Of a DNA stretch of 64,000 nucleotides, positions 58,845 to 64,000 are shown one piece after another. The stretch covers positions 5,724 through 69,723 of the forward strand of contig JASHNV010000110.1 in assembly GCA_030041455.1 (NCBI GenBank), in the 5' to 3' direction. Positions within the stretch are counted from its first letter, which is position 1. Every line of letters starts with the position of its first letter. The notes beneath the pieces were generated by a model. The model saw only the letters and a program-made list of their open reading frames with translations, had not been told where the DNA came from and did not search any database. Source of the stretch: Spirochaetia bacterium (lineage in GTDB: Bacteria > Spirochaetota > Spirochaetia > DAHUYW01). The position numbers were made by a program, and so were the translations under genes.

Positions 58845-60635
58845 TTGCCCTTCATTGACGTCGTCGAGGCACAGTACTCCTACCCCGGCGCCGACGGCGG
58901 CGCCTTGAACGGGCTCTCCTTGCGCATCGAGCGAGGCGAGTACGTCGCGATCGTGGGCGCGAACGGCTCCGGAAAAACCACCCTCGCCCTCCATTTGAAC
59001 GGGCTCCTCGTCCCGAGCGCCGGGAGGGTCGAAGTGGCCGGCCTCGACACCCGCCTCGCCGGGAGCCTCGCGCCGATCCGGCACATGGTCGCGCTCGTGT
59101 TCCAGAAGCCCGAGGATCAGGTCGTGGGCATCAGCGTGGAGGAGGACGCGGCCTTCGGGCCTGAGAACCTCGGCCTGCCCCGCCCCGAGATCAGGCGGCG
59201 GGTCGACGAGGCGCTCCGACGCGCGGGCCTCCGGGAGCTTCGAGAGCGCTCGCCTCACGAGCTTTCGGGGGGCCAGAAGCAGCGCCTCGCGATCGCGGGC
59301 GCCCTTGCGATGGAGCCCGAGTGCCTCGTGCTCGACGAGGCGACGGCGATGCTCGATCCCTCGGGCCGCTCCTCCGTCGTCGAGCTCCTCGCCGAGCTCA
59401 ACGACGCCGGCGTCACCTTGGTCCACGTCACCCACCGCATGGAGCTCGCCGCGCGCGCCTCGCGACTCGTCGTGCTCGATCGGGGGCGCGTCGCGGCCGA
59501 CGCCTCTCCCCGCGAGGTCTTCGAGCGCGAGGAGCTCCCGCGCTGGGGCCTCAGGCCGCCGGCCGCCTTCGAGATTTCGCGGCGCCTCTCGGCCCGGCTC
59601 CCCGTCTCGCTCCATCTCGACGTGGGCTCGCTCGGCCGCGAGCTCGTGGCCCTCGCGCGCTCGATCCCGGCGGGCCCGATCGACCAGGCGAGCGCCGCCG
59701 CGGGGCGCGCGGCGCGATGGAGGCCGGCGACTGGCCGGCCGATCGTCGAGCTCGAGACGGTGAGCCACGCCTACGGCGACTCGCGAGGGCTTCGCGGGGA
59801 GATCCCCTCGCTTCGCGACGTCTCCCTCGCCGTTCGCGGCGGGGAGGCGATCGCTCTCATCGGAGCCACCGGCTCCGGGAAATCGACGCTCCTTCAGCAC
59901 CTGAACGCGCTCATCCTTCCCGCCCGCGGAGGCCTTCGCGTCGACGGCGTGCCGATCACCCCGGATACTCGAGACCTCGCGCCGATCAGGCGGAGGATCG
60001 GACTTGTCTTCCAGAGCCCGGAGGAGCAGCTCTTCGAGCAGTACGTCGGCGACGAGATCGCCTACGGTCCGCGGCTGCAGGGTCTCTCCGGCAAGCGCCT
60101 CACCGAGCGCGTGCGCTGGGCGATGGAGTGCGTCGGCCTTCCCTTCGAGCCGTACAAGGACCGGCTCACCTTCGCGCTGAGCGGCGGCGAGCAGCGGAAG
60201 GTCGCGATCGCGGGCGTGATCGCGCTGCGGCCCGCCGTGCTCCTCCTCGACGAGCCGACGTCGGGGCTCGACCCGGAGGGCGCCGAGGAGATCCTCGGCC
60301 TCCTCGAGCGGCTCCGCGCCGAGGGGACCGCGCTCGTGCTCTCGACCCACGAGATGGAGGAGGCGGCGCGCGTCGCGGATCGCGCCGTCGCGCTCTCGGA
60401 AGGGCGCGTCGCGTTCGACGGCGCGGCGCGCGAGCTCTTCGGCAGGCCCGAGGCGCTCGAGGACCTCGGCCTTGAGGCGCCGGCGCCGGCCAGGCTCCTC
60501 GCGCAGCTTCGCGCCGCGGGACTTCCGCTTCCGGCCGTCGCGCTCGGCGCGGAGGAGCTTGAGAGCGCGCTCATGGACCTTTTCGCGCCCCGCGCAGGCG
60601 GGGGGACGAAGCGGGGGAAGAATGCCGCCGTTTGA
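58845..60635 (+). CDS. ecfA: ECF transporter fused tandem ATPase (EcfA-EcfA')
   Basis: Two ABC domains, each with Walker A (GANGSGKTT; GATGSGKST), signature (LSGGQKQR; LSGGEQRK) and Walker B. TTG start with AAGAAGG 5 nt upstream. Confidence 0.85.
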   Translation: MPFIDVVEAQYSYPGADGGALNGLSLRIERGEYVAIVGANGSGKTTLALHLNGLLVPSAGRVEVAGLDTRLAGSLAPIRHMVALVFQKPEDQVVGISVEEDAAFGPENLGLPRPEIRRRVDEALRRAGLRELRERSPHELSGGQKQRLAIAGALAMEPECLVLDEATAMLDPSGRSSVVELLAELNDAGVTLVHVTHRMELAARASRLVVLDRGRVAADASPREVFEREELPRWGLRPPAAFEISRRLSARLPVSLHLDVGSLGRELVALARSIPAGPIDQASAAAGRAARWRPATGRPIVELETVSHAYGDSRGLRGEIPSLRDVSLAVRGGEAIALIGATGSGKSTLLQHLNALILPARGGLRVDGVPITPDTRDLAPIRRRIGLVFQSPEEQLFEQYVGDEIAYGPRLQGLSGKRLTERVRWAMECVGLPFEPYKDRLTFALSGGEQRKVAIAGVIALRPAVLLLDEPTSGLDPEGAEEILGLLERLRAEGTALVLSTHEMEEAARVADRAVALSEGRVAFDGAARELFGRPEALEDLGLEAPAPARLLAQLRAAGLPLPAVALGAEELESALMDLFAPRAGGGTKRGKNAAV

Positions 60636-61485
60636 CGGCGCGGGAGCTTTCGGCCTCGCGCGCTACCGGCCGGGGCGCTCGCTCCTCCACCTGCTCCATC
60701 CGGCCGCCAAGGCTCTCGCGCTCGCCGGGCTCCTCGCGGCGGCGATCGTCGCCCCTCCGCCTTCCGAGCTTGCCGCGCTCTTCCTCCTCCTCAACGTCGC
60801 GCTCCTCTCCTGGGCGCCCTCCGCGCTTCCGTCGGCCTACCGGACGCTCCTCGCCCTCGCGCCGTTTCTCCTCCTCCTCGTCGCGATCCAGTCCGTCGGC
60901 GTCCCGTCGGTCCGCTGGGGCGCGCGCCTTCCGCTCGGTCCCGTCGTCCTTTTCGGAGGCGAGCTCGCCTCATGCGTCGCGACGCTCCTCCGCTACGCGG
61001 ACCTCGTCCTCCTCCTCGGCCTTTGGGCGGCGACGAGCCGCCTTTCCGATCTCGCCTACGCGACGGAGTCGTTGAGCGCGCCCTTCGCCCGCCTCGGCTT
61101 TCCCTCCCGCGCCTTCTCCCTCGCGATCACGATCGCGCTCTACTTCATCCCGCTTCTCGGAGAAGAGGCGGAGCGCCTTCGGAAAAGCCAGGCCGCCCGG
61201 GGCTTGGACTTCAGGCCGCGGGGGCTCGGCCTCATCCGAGCGGTGCGCGCGTTCCTCCCGCTCCTCGTTCCCCTCATGGTGCTCGCGCTCCGCCACGCCG
61301 AGAACCTTGCGCGGGCCATGGAGGCGCGCGGCTACTCAAGCGGAGGAACCCACACCCGACTCGCCGTGCATCCCGTTCGCCCGGCCGATGTTCTCGTTCC
61401 GGCGGTCTCGCTCCTTCTCGTTCCGCTCGTCCTGCTCGATCCCTTTCGAAACGTCGACAGCCTGCTCAGGAGCCTCGCGCTCTAA
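60622..61485 (+). CDS. ecfT: ECF transporter transmembrane T component (EcfT/CbiQ)
   Basis: Polytopic membrane protein with the conserved ARG…RG coupling motifs (RKSQAARGLDFRPRG; ENLARAMEARG). Start overlaps the ecfA 3' end by 14 nt. Confidence 0.8.
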   Translation: MPPFDGAGAFGLARYRPGRSLLHLLHPAAKALALAGLLAAAIVAPPPSELAALFLLLNVALLSWAPSALPSAYRTLLALAPFLLLLVAIQSVGVPSVRWGARLPLGPVVLFGGELASCVATLLRYADLVLLLGLWAATSRLSDLAYATESLSAPFARLGFPSRAFSLAITIALYFIPLLGEEAERLRKSQAARGLDFRPRGLGLIRAVRAFLPLLVPLMVLALRHAENLARAMEARGYSSGGTHTRLAVHPVRPADVLVPAVSLLLVPLVLLDPFRNVDSLLRSLAL

Positions 61486-61496
61486 AGGAGTCATGA

Positions 61497-62057
61497 ATGA
61501 ACGCACGAAAAATCGCCGTCGCCGGCGCGCTCGGCGCGGTCGCAATCCTGCTCGGCGCCACCCCCCTCGGCTTCATCCCGTGGTTTTCAGGCGCCTCGAT
61601 CACCATCATGACGAGCCCCGTCGTGATCGGCGCCGTCATCGAAGGCCCGGTGGTCGGCCTCGTCGTCGGATTTCTGTTCGGCGGCTTCTCCTTCCTCCAC
61701 GCCGCCGGCCTCTTCGGGCCGGTCGGCCCCACCGACGCGCTCTTCCTCAATCCGCTCGTCTCGGTCCTTCCCCGCCTCCTCATCGGTCCGATCGCGTGGC
61801 TCGTCTACCGGGCGATCGAGCGTCTCGGCGTTCCGGTCGCCCTCGTCCTGGCCGGCATCGGGGGCAGCCTCACGAACACGGTGCTCGTCCTCGGCGTCAT
61901 CGGGCTGTTCAAGCTCGCCTCCTGGGCCGTCCTCGGAGGCATCGCGATCGTGAACGGCCTTCCGGAAGCCGCGGCGAACGCGATTCTCGTGCTCGCGGTG
62001 GTCGCCGCGTGGAAGCGGATCGAGTACGGGCGCAGGCGGGGCGCGCGGCTCGAGTAG
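61497..62057 (+). CDS. ECF transporter substrate-specific S component (possibly pantothenate, PanT-like)
   Basis: 186-aa ~6-TM small membrane protein. AAGGAG SD upstream. Immediately followed by coaX. Confidence 0.55.
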   Translation: MNARKIAVAGALGAVAILLGATPLGFIPWFSGASITIMTSPVVIGAVIEGPVVGLVVGFLFGGFSFLHAAGLFGPVGPTDALFLNPLVSVLPRLLIGPIAWLVYRAIERLGVPVALVLAGIGGSLTNTVLVLGVIGLFKLASWAVLGGIAIVNGLPEAAANAILVLAVVAAWKRIEYGRRRGARLE

Positions 62058-62067
62058 CGGGGAAGCC

Positions 62068-62832
62068 ATGATACTCGCGCTTGACATCGGCAACTCCAAC
62101 ATCAAGTTCGGCGTCCATCGGGACGGCGCGTGGGCGCGCCGCTTTCGCGTGAGCAGCGAGCGCGGCAAGACGCCCGACGAGTACAGCCTCACCTTCGGCC
62201 ACCTCCTCGAGCGGATCGGCGTGCGGCTCGACGAGGTCGACGTCGCGGTCATGAGCAGCGTGGTCCCGCCCCTCGCCGCGACGCTCGCCGAGATGCTCGC
62301 CGAGGCGATCGGCAGGCCGCCGCTCGTCGTCGGCCCGGGGGTTCGAAGCGGCATCCGCATCCGCACCGACAATCCCGTCGAGGTCGGGGCGGACATCGTC
62401 GTGAACGCGGCCGCGGCGCACGAGCGGGTCAAGAGCGACTGCGTCGTCGTCGCCTTCGGGACCGCCCTCACCTTCTCCGCGGTGAACGCCTCGGGGGACT
62501 TCCTCGGATGCGCCATCGCTCCGGGGCCGCAAGCCGCGGCGGAAGCGCTCGTGCGCAGCACGGCGCAGCTTCGCCTCGTCGAGTACGCTCCGCCTCCGGC
62601 GGCGATCGGCAAAAACACGATCCACTCGCTTCAGTCGGGCATCGTCTTCGGCTACGTCGGGCTCATCGAGGGGCTCGTCGGAAGGTTCCGCGCGGAGCTC
62701 GGCGGGGCGGCGAGCGTGGTCACCACCGGAGATCTCGCCCGCTCCTTCCTGCCTCTCACGGATTGCCTCGGCGATTTCGAGCCGTGGCTGACCCTCGACG
62801 GCCTGAGGCTCATCGCCGAGCGAAACGCCTGA
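62068..62832 (+). CDS. coaX: Type III pantothenate kinase
   Basis: MILALDIGNSNIKFG (ASKHA phosphate-1 motif) plus a Bvg-accessory-factor family fold. Confidence 0.85.
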   Translation: MILALDIGNSNIKFGVHRDGAWARRFRVSSERGKTPDEYSLTFGHLLERIGVRLDEVDVAVMSSVVPPLAATLAEMLAEAIGRPPLVVGPGVRSGIRIRTDNPVEVGADIVVNAAAAHERVKSDCVVVAFGTALTFSAVNASGDFLGCAIAPGPQAAAEALVRSTAQLRLVEYAPPPAAIGKNTIHSLQSGIVFGYVGLIEGLVGRFRAELGGAASVVTTGDLARSFLPLTDCLGDFEPWLTLDGLRLIAERNA

Positions 62833-62868
62833 AGGCGGGCGGAAGCGCCTGTCGCGAGACGAGGCCGC

Positions 62869-63363
62869 TCAGGAGTCTCGCGCGAGCGGAACGAGGAGGA
62901 GCCTCCACGCCGCGTGGTCGACGACGAAACGCGCCACGCGGCCGAGACGCCCCGGCTCGGCCCCGGGACTCCTCGGTGCGTCGATCGGCGGAGGCCCCTC
63001 AGCGCGGCCGATGACGAGGAGATCGGGCGAGCGCGCCGCGGCGCTCCGGAGGATTTCGCGCTCCGGAGCGCCGCGGAGGACCTCGACCTCGCAGGAGACG
63101 CCGAGGCGCTCGGCGCGCGACCGCGCCTCGGCGAGGATCCGCTCCGCAGCCTCCGCCTCGGTCGCGTCGAGGAGCTCCTCGGAGCGCACGTGCGCGCGGG
63201 GGCCGTGGCTCGCCGGCCCGCCGAGGAAGCCTTCAAGACCCCTGCGCGGGCCTGAGTCGACGACGTGAACGAGGAGAACCGGGTCGTCCCGGTCGAGCAG
63301 CGCGGAGATCGCGTCGATGAGCGACGGCCCGCCGCGCCTTCCGATCGCGCACATGACACGCAT
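62869..63363 (-). CDS. Universal stress protein (UspA family)
   Basis: USP ATP-binding alpha/beta fold (LLVHVVD…, DLLVIGR…, VVDHA…). Confidence 0.7.
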   Translation of the reverse strand: MRVMCAIGRRGGPSLIDAISALLDRDDPVLLVHVVDSGPRRGLEGFLGGPASHGPRAHVRSEELLDATEAEAAERILAEARSRAERLGVSCEVEVLRGAPEREILRSAAARSPDLLVIGRAEGPPPIDAPRSPGAEPGRLGRVARFVVDHAAWRLLLVPLARDS

Positions 63364-63382
63364 GCTTCCCTCCTTTGATATT

Positions 63383-64000
63383 CTATACCCCGATCCAGAT
63401 CAGCGCCGAGGCGGCAAGGAGAACGGCGGGCACCACGAGAACGCCGAGCTTGAAGTAGGCGAGCGACGTGACTTCCACCCCCCGCTTCCTGAGCATGAAC
63501 ATCCACACGATCGTCGCGAGGGAGCCGACGGTCGTGAGATTGGGGCCGATATCGACCCCGACGATCGCCGCGTAGAGGAGCCCCGCGTGGGGAGACGGGC
63601 CGAGCTGTCGGAGCCCGGACGTCATGAGGAGCGCCATCGGCACGTTGTTCAAGAGATTCGCGCCGAAGGCGGCAAGCGACGCGGTGAGGAGCGCGGAAAG
63701 GAACGGCGAGGAGCCTGCCGAGCGCGCGAGGAGCGCTCCGAGCGTCCGGGTGATGCCGAGGTCCTCGACCGCCTTGATGACCACGAACATCGCCGTGATG
63801 AAGACGAACAGCGACCAGGAGATCTCGCGGAGGAGCAGCTTCACGTCGAGCACTCCGTAGCGAAGCGCCAGGGCTCCGAGCCCGACCGCTCCGCCGAGCG
63901 CCACGACGGAGAGCGGCGCTCCGAGAAGGGAGGCGAGAAGGTAGGCGCCGCCGGTCGCGCAGAGCACGACGAGCGCGGAGCGGAAAAACCGGTCGGAGAC
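63383..64000 (-). CDS. ArsB/NhaD-family ion-transporter permease (partial, N-terminus beyond window end)
   Basis: C-terminal TM helices with a GPNLTTVGSLATIVW-type segment. The frame stays open past position 63967 towards the window edge. Confidence 0.55.
   Translation of the reverse strand, partial: VSDRFFRSALVVLCATGGAYLLASLLGAPLSVVALGGAVGLGALALRYGVLDVKLLLREISWSLFVFITAMFVVIKAVEDLGITRTLGALLARSAGSSPFLSALLTASLAAFGANLLNNVPMALLMTSGLRQLGPSPHAGLLYAAIVGVDIGPNLTTVGSLATIVWMFMLRKRGVEVTSLAYFKLGVLVVPAVLLAASALIWIGV

Noticed and set aside
1-64000. CRISPR arrays, tRNA/rRNA genes, transposases, integrases or phage genes
   Set aside because: No regularly spaced direct repeats, no T-loop (GTTCGANTC) cloverleaf candidates in the larger spacers, and no recognisable recombinase or RT ORFs were seen.

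Overview
This is a high-GC (~70%) bacterial chromosomal window, gene-dense on both strands. Most of it is core housekeeping. It carries six aminoacyl-tRNA synthetases (hisS, ileS, valS, cysS, asnS), with valS, ileS, a lipoprotein gene, hisH and hisF forming one minus-strand operon. It also carries aroB, aroG, murB, iscS-thiI, a DEAH helicase, galT-galK, a PPi-dependent phosphofructokinase, manA, coaX and an ECF transporter module. Type-2 IleS, the PPi-PFK, a TatT/TatP/TatQM TPR-associated TRAP transporter, a UPF0164-like outer-membrane protein and cNMP-binding proteins give the gene content a spirochaete-like flavour, but that assignment is tentative. Accessory or unusual parts are listed here and developed in the findings. 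First, a small low-GC gene encodes a single histone-fold (HBb-like) protein. Second, an ECF sigma / zinc anti-sigma operon continues into a secreted protein and an IPT/TIG transglutaminase-like envelope protein whose catalytic Cys appears replaced by Ser. Third, an OprB-type porin, an NHL beta-propeller and a Tat-exported DyP peroxidase (EfeB) form a cluster, preceded by a ~1.6 kb stretch with no credible CDS, a strong promoter-like element and a translationally coupled upstream ORF. Fourth, a MarR / CrtC(AttH)-like / CoA-transferase cluster sits behind a sharply AT-rich island. Fifth, a Cys-less ArsC/Spx-fold gene overlaps arginine deiminase. No tRNA, rRNA, CRISPR or mobile elements were recognised. 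Many long Arg/Pro-rich ORFs in the six-frame track are GC-driven shadow ORFs.
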